A stretch of DNA of 64,000 nucleotides from Anthoceros angustus (GCA_010909165.1 VJWM01000107.1:372001-436000), one strand, 5' to 3'; shown: positions 47,295 through 59,142, counted from the first letter of the stretch. A program made the numbers and translations. Notes: generated by a model not told the origin, from the sequence alone.

Positions 47295-47764
47295 CGAAAC
47301 GAACCTGACTTGTGATGTGTTGTGCCGTGTTGGCTGTCGACAGGCACAAAACCAGGCACCTCAATATCTTTCGTAGGTCCAGTGAGGCCCGGGAGATGAA
47401 AAATCTGGATGCTTCATATGCCCTCCTTTCCGAGACAGGCGTGTACTGCAGGTTACTTGCCAAGGGACAAGCTCCGTGACAACAAGTCATACATGAGAGT
47501 GTGGAATCAAGCAGCCGGGAGGCTTTCGTAAGCTAGAATATACACGCAAGGTGGCAGACAGTTCGAGACAAAAACAGGAACTCTCAAAATTGCAGTCTGG
47601 CACGTGAGCGCGCAAGGTGCTGTATGCTGGCCTACCATGTTAGTCAGCCAGATGGTCCAAATAACCAGATTCCGTCTACAGGACCTGCCATGTGATTGCC
47701 TCAGGACAACCTAATCCCGATCCGATTTCGTCACACATGATGTGGAGAGTCACCCGACCGGTTC

Positions 47765-48184
47765 TTAATCCTCGTTTCCGAGCTTCTCCTCATCCACCTC
47801 GAACGCCTTCCTAGCACGCTTCAACTCCTCGTTCATGGCCAGCAGCTCCTTCACTCTGGCAAACTTGGGAGCATCCTTCCGCACCAGGAACATCAAATCC
47901 TCTGTGGTAAGCTTCCCTCTCCGTGCAGCCACGTCCATGGACTTGTGCATCATGTCAGTGATGTAGTCCACAACGATATCCTCTACCAGCGCCACAGTCT
48001 CTGGAATAGGATCCGGGTCGTCTCCATAACCGTACATCATGAGCCGAAGTTCCTTGGAAAAGAGCCCGCGCTTCCGCTTTAGCGACGGCTCCACAACCTT
48101 GGTTGGTAAGCCCGCCGCCACTGTCACGTTCTGTGCGCCGGAGCCAGCCATAGCCGCCTTCCCCTTGTTCTCGCGCTCCATCAT
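47765..48184 (-). CDS. TAF13: Transcription initiation factor TFIID subunit 13, intronless
   Basis: KRKRGLFSKELRLMMYGYGDDPDPIPETVALVEDIVVDYI...RRGKL..EDLMFLVRKD..KFARVKELLAMNEELKRARKAF. Confidence 0.95.
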   Translation of the reverse strand: MMERENKGKAAMAGSGAQNVTVAAGLPTKVVEPSLKRKRGLFSKELRLMMYGYGDDPDPIPETVALVEDIVVDYITDMMHKSMDVAARRGKLTTEDLMFLVRKDAPKFARVKELLAMNEELKRARKAFEVDEEKLGNED

Positions 48185-49115
48185 CCTTGGGGCTAATAAA
48201 ACCTAATTACATACACCATAATTCTCGCCAATATTCGTCCCAACCCTTCACCTGGACGATCGATTTTGCTTCGAAATTCCCTGGAAGGAGGTAGACTAGT
48301 ACCTAGGTAGTGTTCACAACGAAAGGCCTCCGTCCTTCATATTTAAAAAAGATGCTGCTGTCTCAGAAACGTGCACGGTGGCGATGTTATGCCGATTGGG
48401 CATTGGGCAGGGCACTTCCGTTCGGGTCCTTGGAAAGAAAGGAACGCCATAATTTTAAAATAAGAATTTCATGCGTTAAAACAGAAATTTCAAACGCAAA
48501 AACAGAAATTTCAAGCGCTGGAGACAGCTTGGGGAAAGGGATTTTAATGTTTCTCAATTCTCGAGCTGCTTCTACTACGAAGTTTCTGAAGTCCAAAGGT
48601 TGTGGATAGCTTCCAAAAATTTTGGCATGGAACCAGCTCAAACCCTCTTCAGCTCATGTGGTTCGAGGTGAAGTAAGCTTCTTGTTGAAGCACACGCGAA
48701 GTTTCCTCACATGTTGTATAGGCTCTGACAAGTTTGCCACCAGGTCCAGTGTAGGGTGGTGGTGATTTGTTGCCAAGACTGGGTGTAGGTCTTCCCCAGA
48801 TATATACTAGACTCTCCTCCATGTCACTGGAATGGTGGGAATGTCTGAAGTGGAGTTTAGTCCCTGACATGTTTTGGTGCTTAACGTTCAAGCTGCTCCT
48901 CTCTCCAGTGCTAGCTAACTTCATTGCTTCCTGAAGCAGGAGGAGCGGTAGTGCAGGAATTCTTTGACATTGCAACGATTGATATTTGCTTGCATCGCGA
49001 TTTGTAAAACTCGGCGACCAGCAGTGGGAAAACAAGACTAGGTCGGACGCTTGTCGCTGACTTAGCTTGAGAACTCTTATTTAGACTGATTGACCTAATA
49101 AATAACTCCTTTCAA

Positions 49116-52100
49116 AAATACGTGGACATTTATGTAAAAACAAGAGAAGAAAATCTCATCTGTCCCCGAGAAAAACTAGGGAACAAATGCACCATGCCAA
49201 TGGGGCTAACCCCGCGATCGCTCATCTTGAAACTACCTCCGGTGTGAAAAATTTCGGGGTAGGATATGAACGGAAGAATTCAAGATGAGCCTACCTCTAT
49301 GAACAGAAGAATTCAAGAGGAGACTACCTCCAGTGTGAAAAATTCGGGGTCGGGATATAAACGAAAAAATTTCGGGGTAAACAAACATCATAATTTTTGA
49401 AGGGGATGAATAATCTCGAAGGGGGTTTTCCGTAAATAATCTCTGAAGGGGGTTTTGTATGGGCCCTAAAACAGCGTTTTTAAGGCATTCCGAAAACATC
49501 TCCGAAAAAATGTTGCCCACTAAAGTTCCTACTTTCCATCCAAAGAATGCCTAATGGTGGTTGCAAACTCGAACCTATGGGATTAATGCAAAGTAGAAAC
49601 AGTAAGGAAGGCCGTTCTTGCCGGGAAGGGACTACTGTAAATTCAGTTTTGGGAGAAAATGTGGTTTAGTAAGGACACAACAAAAGCCACGGTATTTCCA
49701 AAACACAAGAATATCTGAACAAGACGACAACATTCACTGGGACCCGGGACAAACCGTGATTTCAGTGTCACTCATCACCAGAGTTCAATCCTTCGTTATC
49801 ACTTGGTCCAGCATCTCCAGCATTGTCATCACTATCTGTAGCGACACTTTGACTCGCAGGCTGTATGAAGCCGCGCAACTCGCAGAGCTTATCCCTTATC
49901 GCTTTTTTGTCCACCGCATACATATGTTTCCGTGCGTTCAACACAAACCCATAATAAAGGATGGCTGTTTTATTCACAAATACCTCCTGTATGTTTTTTG
50001 GGTAATGGACCTTATTCCCTTTTTTCCTCGGCATCAGACTAGATGGGTTGGTACTCTGACGAACTATGTATTCCTACACATATCTCCTTTCGTACGCATC
50101 TGTGTGCTCGGTCCGATACCAGTGGATAAGAAAGTGAGGTCGTGGTGCATCTAGCAGCGTCAATGACTCTCCCAATCCGAGAATGGCTCATGCGTGTCCA
50201 TAGTGCGGCCGCGAAACATCCCTTCCGGATTTCCATTATGTCCCCATTTATCCGCCATTCCACTGTTGCCTTCCGGCATTTTGATATGCCCCAAGTACAT
50301 ATCACGCGTGGGAGGTCCTCAATAATGCCTCATCTAGCAAAGCTTCATCCGCACTTGAAGTGGTCGGTGTATGATCCACTTACGCGTGAAAACCACTTAC
50401 CAAGGGCCGTAGCACTAGCCCAATGTTATTCTCCACAATGATAGCAATCCCTTGGTCCACCCAAAAGGCTTCCCACCACTTGTACTCTTCAAGGTCACCT
50501 ATGGACGCAAATCTTTTAACCCTTCCAAAGAAAATGGGCCACACCTTCCATCGGTGATAGGATACACGTTCCTTCTTGTCCCCCTAGCTTCACCGCATGC
50601 ACCGTAGATGGTGGTAAGGAGGCGCCCTCCCTCCCACCGTCGATGCGTAGTGGGGCGGGCCTCCCCTAGTACACCACCCCGCCCTACCCATGGGCGCCGG
50701 CCGGTCGGCGCCCTCCCCATGGGCTCCTCATAGGTTATCTTTAAGAAAATGAATATTTAGGGGCTCAAGAGTCTTGCAACTTGGGATCGTTGGTCAAGTG
50801 CTTGGGAAAAAGATGTAGTAATAAGTAGGTTCCGTGTTTGAAACCCATATCTTCGTAATAACTCAACTTTGTTGATTTTAAGGATGCTTGCATGGGCGCA
50901 TGGGCAACCAACTTTGTTCATTTTAAGGACGCTGGCTTTGCCTTAAAGCCCAAGTAGTTGCATTGAGTGCCAGAAAGTTAAAGACCACGATTGGCGAGCT
51001 TTTGGATGAGGGTCAGCAGACCCTAAATGTTGTGTGGCAGTCGACGCCGTCCGAAGCTTAGCCCAAGAATTATACTAATGAATACGAGCAAGCATTGGAG
51101 GAGAATGACTTTGTGAGAGGATATGGACCGCCTTGAATTTGGTGGTGGTCCTTGACTCGATGTCGGCAAGGCATAGGCAGAGTCGGCCGCACTCTTGAAT
51201 GACTATTGTTGATGCTGATGACCACTTCCTCCTTTAGCAGTTGTTTGTTGCAATGTTCTCACGACCACTGAAATGAGACTCCCACTAGTACATGATTGTT
51301 TTCATTGTGTTCCACCACTTGAAAGTAAAAGTTTTCAGTTATAATAAACATATGAAAATGGCAGCCCTCTATGCATTCTACAAAAATGCAGACGGGCCCA
51401 CACCCTATTGTGCTCTAGTTCTGGAGTGTAGACTTGAAAGTGCGTCTTTTATCAAAGGTATGGGCTCAGAAAGGGTGTGCGCATTATCAAAGTAGGGCAG
51501 ATATGCTGATGCAGGAAGGGTGTACATCGTGACAAGGGGGTGCTGTCTCGATCGAAGGGGGTTACTATATTCCGCCCTTCAAAAATTATCATGTTAATAA
51601 CGTCTGTGTAGAAAGAGGTTTCTCCTGAAACCCCTTTTTGCACACGGACGTGGCTGGACCCCTTTTTGCACATGACAAAAATCCACACTATAATTAGCCT
51701 TTTTGGTATTTCTCTAGAGACTTGTCACCTGCAAACTTTACAATAATTGTTGTGATGCACTTTATTCGAGATTGTACATTGCAAGTATGAGGCAAAAACC
51801 TAAAGTCCCATTCTCGATCGGCTTTTTCTTTCAAACTGGACACAGAATTTGTGTGCAAACTTGTGCGTGTCGTTGGTAGGGATATGAAAAGGAAAAATTT
51901 CGAGGGAGGCATATGAAAAGGAAGAAATTTGGGGTAGGGATATGAAAAGGCCTTACTACCATAGCGGTCGAAGATGTCGCATCTTAGCGTTTGCTGACGT
52001 CCTCTTCACTGCGTTTGCCAATATCCTTTGCAGAGTGATTAGATACCCTTGCATGAAGAAAGCCATACTACAAGAAGAGACCAACCCCATTCTTGGGTTG

Positions 52101-52547
52101 TGGAAGCCTTGTGACAAGCCTTGACGAACCTAGAAACCTTGCATAAGCCCATGAAGAAAGCCACACTACAAGAAGAGACCAACGCCATTCTTGGATTGTG
52201 GAAGCCTTGGTACAAGCCTTGAGAACCTAGAAACCTTGCGTAAGCCCATGAAGAAAGCCACACTACAAGAAGAGACCAACCCCATTCTTGGGTTGTGGAA
52301 GCCTTGATACAAGCCTTGACGAACCTAAAAACCTTGCATAAGCCTTGTCGAATCTAGAGAAATCTTTGCCCATAGCCTGTGAGACTCAATCTTTGCCCAT
52401 GGCACGTGAGTCTCGATCTTTGCTCATGGCCGGTGAGTCTCCGATGGCAAGCGGATGTAAAGGGATGAAAGTGCGGATGTAAGGGGATGAAAGTGTCCGT
52501 GAGTCTCGATGGCAAGCGGATGAAAGTGGATGAAAGTGTGGCCATCC
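49116..52547. mobile_element. Unclassified 3.4-kb insertion flanked by an 11-bp duplication
   Basis: actcctttcaa occurs at 49105-49115 and 52548-52558 but only once in the parent PI31 intron. The interior has degenerate ORFs, aaatttcggggtaggatatgaa-type repeats near both ends and tandem arrays. No clear TIR seen. Confidence 0.6.
52052..52344 (+). repeat. Tandem repeat, 3 x ~98 bp
   Basis: Unit catgaagaaagcca.actacaagaagagaccaac...aaccttgcataagcc starting at 52052, 52150 and 52247. Confidence 0.9.
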
Positions 52548-53220
52548 ACTCCTTTCAATAATTTGGAAGTACTGCTTTGGAAGTATTGGCACAACGACAT
52601 GAGGTTTAGGTGTGTTTAAAGTACGGTTGACCAGTGCCCTTGCTGACACTGTTCAACGTAGGTAGTCATCTGCAGTGGAGTAGATTGGAGTGTAGGTAAG
52701 CATTTACATTTGATGATGTGAGGTAGGTAGTCATCTGCAGTGGAGTAGACTGAAATAGAGGTAAGCGTTTATATTTGATGATGTGAGCTAAGACCCTTAC
52801 AGGCCCCAATGATCCAAGGTGGGAACGAGCTACTTCTTCCCCTTACAGGCCCCAATGATCCAAGGTGGGAACGAGCTACTTCTTCTTATATGACCTGAGA
52901 ACCCACGTCAGTTTGTGCTAGAAGAAGAAGAATTTTATTTAAGTCCACTAAGGACAAATTTCCTTGACAACTTGTATCATGGTGTGGTTAAGCTGCTTGC
53001 ACCAAGGGCATCCATTTCCTTTAGGCACCCCATCTAAGTACCGATCCAAGCGCGGGATGCTTAATAACGACGTTCTTATAAATGTGTGTCCATTTGGTCT
53101 TAGCGAATTGGACAGGGTGTTCGCTGGTAACTAATTTCGGTTAACCTCAGTCCGGCACGTTATGCTTTGTCGCTCTAAGACGCTGTTGTTCTGCACATCG
53201 GCTTGTCGAGTATGTCTCCT

Positions 53221-53364
53221 CACGGGGCACTCGCAAAACGAGAACGGTGTTTCTCCGTGCCAGAGCACAAGGCAATTACAAAACGAGACCGGTGTATCTA
53301 CGTGCCAGGGCACAAGGCACTCACAAAAGGAGACCAGTGCTTCTACGTGCCAGAGCACAAAGCA
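53221..53364 (+). repeat. Minisatellite, ~3.2 x 45 bp, downstream of FtsH2
   Basis: Unit cacaaggcactcacaaaa.gagacc.gtg..tctacgtgccag.g starting at 53221, 53266, 53311 and 53356. Confidence 0.85.
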
Positions 53365-53571
53365 GTGTGGGATTACACCACCTGCCCCCACCAATGATAT
53401 CCAAAGTGTGATTCGCTTACATGTGGAGTAGGACCAGACTTCACGGGAACGGGCCCTTAAACGCTATGAGGAATTACGATATGAATGCATTCACATGTAC
53501 AACTCTCTTACAAACGAAGATAAAAATGCCCCCTCTAATGTACAACAACCTTACAAGACCCCCGGCATGCT

Positions 53572-55648
53572 TCACACACCAACAGGAGCTGGCACTCGAG
53601 GACTCACCCTGTTTTGGCTGGGGATCTCAGTATACTCCGAGAGAATCGCTCTGAACTCATCTCCCGTCATGGTCTCCTTCTCAAGCAGAACCTCCACGAT
53701 CTTGTCGATGGCCGCGCGGTTATTCCGGATGTGGGACAAAGCCACCTGGTACGCTTTATCGGAGATGGACTTGACAGCCTGGTCGATATCCTCTGCCAGC
53801 TTCTCCGACATGGAGTTCCTGGCCATCATCCGCATGATCATGTCACCACCTTGCACAGAAGGGTCCATCAAAGCCCAGGGCCCAATGTCAGACATCCCGA
53901 ACACCGTCACCATCTGCTTGGCCATGGAGGTGACCTGCTGCAAGTCACTGGACGCGCCAGTGGTGACCTCAGCATCCCCAAACACAATCTCCTCAGCAGC
54001 CCTGCCTCCCAAAGCGCCCACTATCCTGGCAAAAATCTGCTGCTTGGAAATGAGCGTGGGATCCTCTCCGGGGATGAACCACGTCAACCCCCTGGCCTGG
54101 CCGCGGGGAATGAGAGTCACCTTCTGCACAGCATCATGCCCGGGAGTCAGAGTCCCGCACACAGCATGCCCCACTTCATGGTACGCAACCAGACTCTTGC
54201 TCTTGCCATCCGTCATCACAGTCCCTTCCATCCCGGCCACAATCCTATCAATAGAGTCATCAATCTCCTTAGCGGAAATGGCCGACTTCCCCCTCCGCCC
54301 AGTCAGAATAGCAGCCTCATTCAACAGGTTGGCCAAATCAGCTCCACTAAACCCCGGCGTCCTCATAGCAATAATGTCCAACGAGACGTCGTCCTCGAAC
54401 TTCTTGTTGCTGGCATGCACCTTGAGGATCTCCGTCCTCCCCCTCACATCCGGCACGTCCACAGTCACCTGCCGGTCGAACCGCCCAGGCCGGAGCAGAG
54501 CAGCATCCAGAATGTCAGCCCTGTTGGTGGCCGCAATCACGATAATCCCAGTATTCCCCTCAAACCCATCCATCTCCGTGAGCAGCTGGTTCAGAGTCTG
54601 CTCCCGCTCATCATTCCCACCCCCAATCCCAGTCCCCCGCTGCCTCCCCACAGCATCAATCTCGTCCACAAACACGATGCAAGGCGCGTTCTCCTTCGCC
54701 TTCTTGAACAAATCCCGCACCCGGGACGCGCCCACTCCCACAAACATCTCCACAAACTCAGACCCGGAGATGGAGAAAAATGGCACTCCAGCCTCCCCGG
54801 CAATGGCCTTCGCAAGCAGCGTCTTCCCGGTCCCGGGCGGACCCACCAGCAGCACCCCCTTGGGGATCCTGGCACCCACGGCCGTAAACCTCTCGGGCCG
54901 CTTCAGGAACTCCACCACCTCCATGAAGTCCTGCTTGGCCTCGTCCACGCCCGCCACATCCTCGAAGGTGACCCCCGTGTTGGGCTCCATCTGGAACTTG
55001 GCCTTGCTCTTCCCGAAGGCCAGCGGGTTCCCGGGCCCCCCCGGCCCGCCCATCCCGCCCTGCGAGCGGCGGGAGAGGAAGAAGAGCCCGCCCACCAGCA
55101 GCAAAGGGAACGCCAGGTTCCCGATCAGATTGAGCAGCACCGCCCCCGAGTCCTCCTGCGGGTTGTGCGCCGCGAAGTCGATGTTCTTCTCCCGGAACTT
55201 GGAGAGCAGCTCCTGGCTCAGCCCCGGGAGCTGCACCCGCACCCTCTGCACCCGGTTACCCAGCTCGGGGGACACCGCCTCCACGATGGCGATCGTCCCG
55301 TTCTCGTACAGGTCCACCTTCTTCACCCGGTCCATGTCCAGGTACTCCAGGAACCTGGAGTAGGACATGCGGGAGGAGGCCACCCCCTGCTCCTCAGCCG
55401 CCATGGCCGGCCGCCCCCCAAAGGCTGCCGCCAGCCCCGCCGCCCCGCCATGGCCTTCATCAGCCCCGCCTTTGGGGCGAGGCAACGGAAGCTCCTCCCT
55501 GCAGCACCTGCTGCTCTGCCTCCGCCCCGCATGTCGCCGGGCGGTGGGCGCCTGCCGATGCCACCACCCCCAGCCTTTGATCCGAATGCGCCACCACCCG
55601 GGCCGAGGACGGGATGAGAATGGACGAAGTGCCCACCACGGCCGCCAT
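53572..55648 (-). CDS. FTSH2: Thylakoid ATP-dependent zinc metalloprotease FtsH2/8 (VAR2 type), intronless; two probable G-run indel errors near 55450-55470
   Basis: [25 protein letters not shown] (Walker A), [10 protein letters not shown] (Walker B), [17 protein letters not shown] (HExxH). The likely start MAAVVGTSS at 55648 leads to a twin-Arg QRRG(LMKA) signal once the frame is restored. Confidence 0.96.
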
Positions 55649-56337
55649 CTCCCCTGCCCCGGTGCGCAATGCGGCGAAGAGCGGCTGCGAAAACTGAGAA
55701 GTGGGTCTTGCGCTACGCAATGCACCAAACCAGGATCAGCTGCTGCGATCAAAGCGCTGCCTCTCACAGCCCTGCAAATGCAGACGATACAAGACGGGAC
55801 GAGACGACTCGTATCGTCTCCGCCACGACACACGAGCTTAGGGCTTTGCCCTCAGAGACCGGATGCGGAACAAGTGGCTGGCCTGCGCTCGTCTACGTGG
55901 CGATGCGCACCACACTACCCCGTCGCATTGGCGCGTACATCAACCGGTTTCCACACGCTGAGCAAAACCTCCATGGCCGTGAAAACAGCAAGGTTATCGT
56001 CTTCACGTAACAACCACACGCATTTGGCGTGTATTATTCTGGGAGACGGAATTCGGGAAGAATCGCAAATAGGGCATAATCGTAAATAGGGAAGAAAGAG
56101 CCGATTACTGACAGCTGATTTGAGACAGGAGAAACCGATGAGAATTCATTCTTTATCGCATTACAGACGGTGAAGCAAGCGGTGGCATTTGGTGTCTATG
56201 AATGTGTGACAGTCGTTGGTGCTTCCGCCCCAGCTGGCTGTTGGTGAAAGAGCGTTGATCCAGAGATAAAGCGTGGATCGAGCTTGCAACGCTGGATGTA
56301 GAGCGAGTGCACAGATTTAGGGTTAACTCGGAGGGAG

Positions 56338-57519
56338 ATGGAGTGGGTGGGATGGGTCGGGTGCGCCCTGGGGTGGTTATTGCAGGGCTGGTGGGGGCTG
56401 TGTGGGTGCTGCGGGTGCCCGCTGCGGTGCACATCCCTGTGAAGGGCAGGCATGTTTTATCACGGGAGGGTCGAGTGGCATCAGGTTGGCCTTAGCACAT
56501 CTTGTGGTTAATGAAGGAGCTGCCAAGGTTTCTCTCTTGGCGCGCACTGAGGCTAAGCTGGAGGAAGCTCGGGAGGCCATAGAGAAGGCCACGGGCCACA
56601 AGGTGCACATTTTCAGTGCGGATGTCAAGGATTATGGCAGCACAGCCAAGGCATTGGCAGCGGCGGGTAGCGTGGATGTTTTGATTTGTTCTCATGGGGT
56701 GTCCATCCCTTGCATATTTGAGGAGTCGTCCTTGGAGGCGATCAACCATCAGGTTGACACCGTGCTCAAGGGCAATATTCATGTCATCAAGGCTGCGATC
56801 CCAGGAATGAAGCAAGGCGAGAAGGGCAGGGACAGGCAGCATCCCACCAGTATCTGCATTATCTCTTCTCAAGCTGGCCAGGTGTGCTACGTGTTGTGTT
56901 GCTTCAGAACCCTAACCTTGCTTCTTGCATTACCCCATGCACGGCCTGCAGTTGATTTGTGAGGTGTTGCTCAAAGTGCAGACCGGAGTGTATGGCTTTG
57001 CTCCTTATGCGGCTGCCAAGTTCGGACTACGGGGCCTGGCTGAAGTGCTGCAGCAGGAGCTCTTCCCTCACAATATCCGAGTCTCTCTCGCCTTTCCTCC
57101 TGACACCCTAACTCCTGGATTTGAAGAAGGTATGGTCTGCAGTGCCCGATCCTGCTTTCTCATGCCACCTAATTGTCACCTCGCTCCGGACTCTCACATC
57201 CTGGCCTACCCTGTTGGCAGAGAGCAAGACCAAACCAGAGGTGTCTGCGCTGATATCCAAATCTTCCACATGCATGCTACCAGAAGTCGTTGCCAGAAGG
57301 ATCCTGGGTGGCTTGAAAGCCGGGAGATTCCTCATCTCCTGCAATCTTGACGGGTTTGCCTTATCGCTGGCCACCGCCGGGCTCTCTCCACACACCACTT
57401 TCTCCCAGGGTTGTCTGGAAGTGTTTCTGGGAGGCGTAATGCGCCTGGTGGCCATGACCTTTCTCAGGGACTGGTACAACGTCATCGACAAGTGGCACAG
57501 AAAGCAGCAGACCGCGTGA
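56338..57519 (+). CDS. TSC10: 3-ketodihydrosphingosine reductase (KDSR/TSC10-like SDR), copy 1; N-terminal frameshifts in homopolymers
   Basis: TM segment VVIAGLVGAVWVL, ITGGSSGIR, ISSQAGQ|GVYGFAPYAAAKFGLRGLAEVLQQE (YxxxK), FPPDTLTPGFEEE..TKP, C-terminal LEVFLGGVMRLV. Confidence 0.88.
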
Positions 57520-58623
57520 TCTCTGGGCTGCCACATCCTCATCTGACAGGCCTCGCAAGGGTTTGTGAACCCCGAGGCCAACAAGTCTGTTTGTACTCCA
57601 AGTCCTCACCGTTAATTATGCAGCCTTGCATGATGCAACGTCGGGCCCGATCGTTGTGTGGCAGTGCAATGAATAACGCCTGGCTGGCGGGCTCCCTCTC
57701 CCGCACCCCGAGGCTCCCCGTTGAAATGTACATACCCAGCAAGCCCACGAGGGCAGATGTGCCGTCTCGATTGCGGGAAGGGAGTCTAGGCAGCAAGTGA
57801 TCCATGGGCCTGGGCCTGGCACTGTTGCACATGCCGAGGTCCGAGGACCTCGTTTTAAGTTACACAAAAACTCAAGACAGCTTGTCACCGATGCCAAGCC
57901 AGCGCGGCGAGCAAAAGGAGATGACGACGAATTGTGCGAAAACTTATGCCACAGCCTTGCTTCCGGGTCCCGGCCTGAATCGGGCGGGCTTTGAAGCCTA
58001 GCCAAGCCGCGGCCTGTTGCAACTTTGCTTGGCTGTGGAGTGTGAATGGTGTCAGAATGCTGCTGGCATGGCTGGAACCTGGGTCGGGCTTTGTCCAGTT
58101 AAAAGCGAGCACCAGCAGGCTTCAATTATCTGGACGGATGCGCGGCTTAAATGCGCGGCTGTCGGCATTGAAGTTCCCAGGACCGGCATTGATGCGCCGT
58201 TGCCATCAACCAAGATTCACTCGATTCGCTTCGCCTGTGTTCCACGGCCGCGCGATCCGGATGGCAACGGCTTTGGAGTAATCGCCAGGACCAGGACCAG
58301 GGCCAGGGCCAGGGCCAGGGCGGGATGGCAGCGAGCACGCACAGACCCACCAGGAGTGGCTCTTGCCTTCGCCTCCTTCCTGGGAGTGAAGAATGCGGGT
58401 GCGGCGCTAGAGATGCAGGAGAAGGCTGCTCTGAGGCTGGAGCTGGCGCATTGCAGGTCTCAGGAATTGCCGGGCACTTCCTCTTCCTTCCTGTCTTGCC
58501 CAGTGGCCATGGTGTGATGCTGTGCTGGCTGTACAGTACTGACGGGCAGGCAGGTGCAGGGATCTAAACGATGAGGATTTTCCTGCTGCCGCTGCTGGGT
58601 GGTGCTGAATCCGCCCCGGCAGG

Positions 58624-58751
58624 ATGAGGAGGCCGGTGAGCGTGCGGATGCTGGATGTGAAGACCGTGGTGCCTGCGGAGCCGACGCAGCCGCACCATCT
58701 CTTCCTCACCTGCTTCGACATCCACATGTGGCACTCGCCTTACATGAAGCG
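58624..58751 (+). pseudogene. Truncated 5' end (~43 codons) of the BAHD gene created by the duplication
   Basis: MRRPVSVRMLDVKTVVPAEPTQPHHLFLTCFDIHMWHSPYMKR is identical to 61432 onward, then switches to sequence from upstream of KDSR. Confidence 0.85.
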
Positions 58752-59142
58752 GTTTCCACACGCTGAGCAAAACCTCCATGGCCGTGAAAACAGCAAGGTT
58801 ATCGTCTTCACGTAACAACCACACGCATTTGGCGTGTATTATTCTGGGAGACGGAATTCGGGAAGAATCGCAAATAGGGCATAATCGTAAATAGGGAAGA
58901 AAGAGCCGATTACTGACAGCTGATTTGAGACAGGAGAAACCGATGAGAATTCATTCTTTATCGCATTACAGACGGTGAAGCAAGCGGTGGCATTTGGTGT
59001 CTATGAATGTGTGACAGTCGTTGGTGCTTCCGCCCCAGCTGGCTGTTGGTGAAAGAGCGTTGATCCAGAGATAAAGCGTGGATCGAGCTTGCAACGCTGG
59101 ATGTAGAGCGAGTGCACAGATTTAGGGTTAACTCGGAGGGAG

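Larger units (their letters stand above)
48650..52925 (+). pseudogene. Second, more diverged intron-containing PI31 3' fragment, split by a 3.4-kb insertion
   Basis: 48690-49115 matches the reverse complement of ~39467-39940. The match resumes at 52548 (gacatgaggtttaggtgtg; taggtagtcatctg; cccttacaggccccaatgatccaaggtggg = GPNDPRW exon), with local internal duplications. Confidence 0.75.

Noticed and set aside
50630-50730. GC-rich partially self-complementary stretch (cccatgggcgccggccggtcggcgccctccccatggg)
   Set aside because: Short, inside a transposon-like insert, and no tRNA/snRNA/snoRNA hallmarks recognised.
55440-55480. Programmed ribosomal frameshifting in FtsH2, KDSR or the trypsin-fold gene
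   Set aside because: All shifts fall in homopolymer runs, and the duplicate copies disagree in run length, which is typical of long-read consensus error.
53495-55617. Long plus-strand ORFs (622 aa, 667 aa) overlapping FtsH2
   Set aside because: Antisense shadows of a GC3-rich gene; no recognisable motifs.
58017-58517. 166-aa ORF with RTRTRARARA repeat between KDSR and BAHD
   Set aside because: The frame is not preserved between the two duplicate copies, the repeat is a hexamer microsatellite, and no homology was recognised. A small gene cannot be fully excluded.
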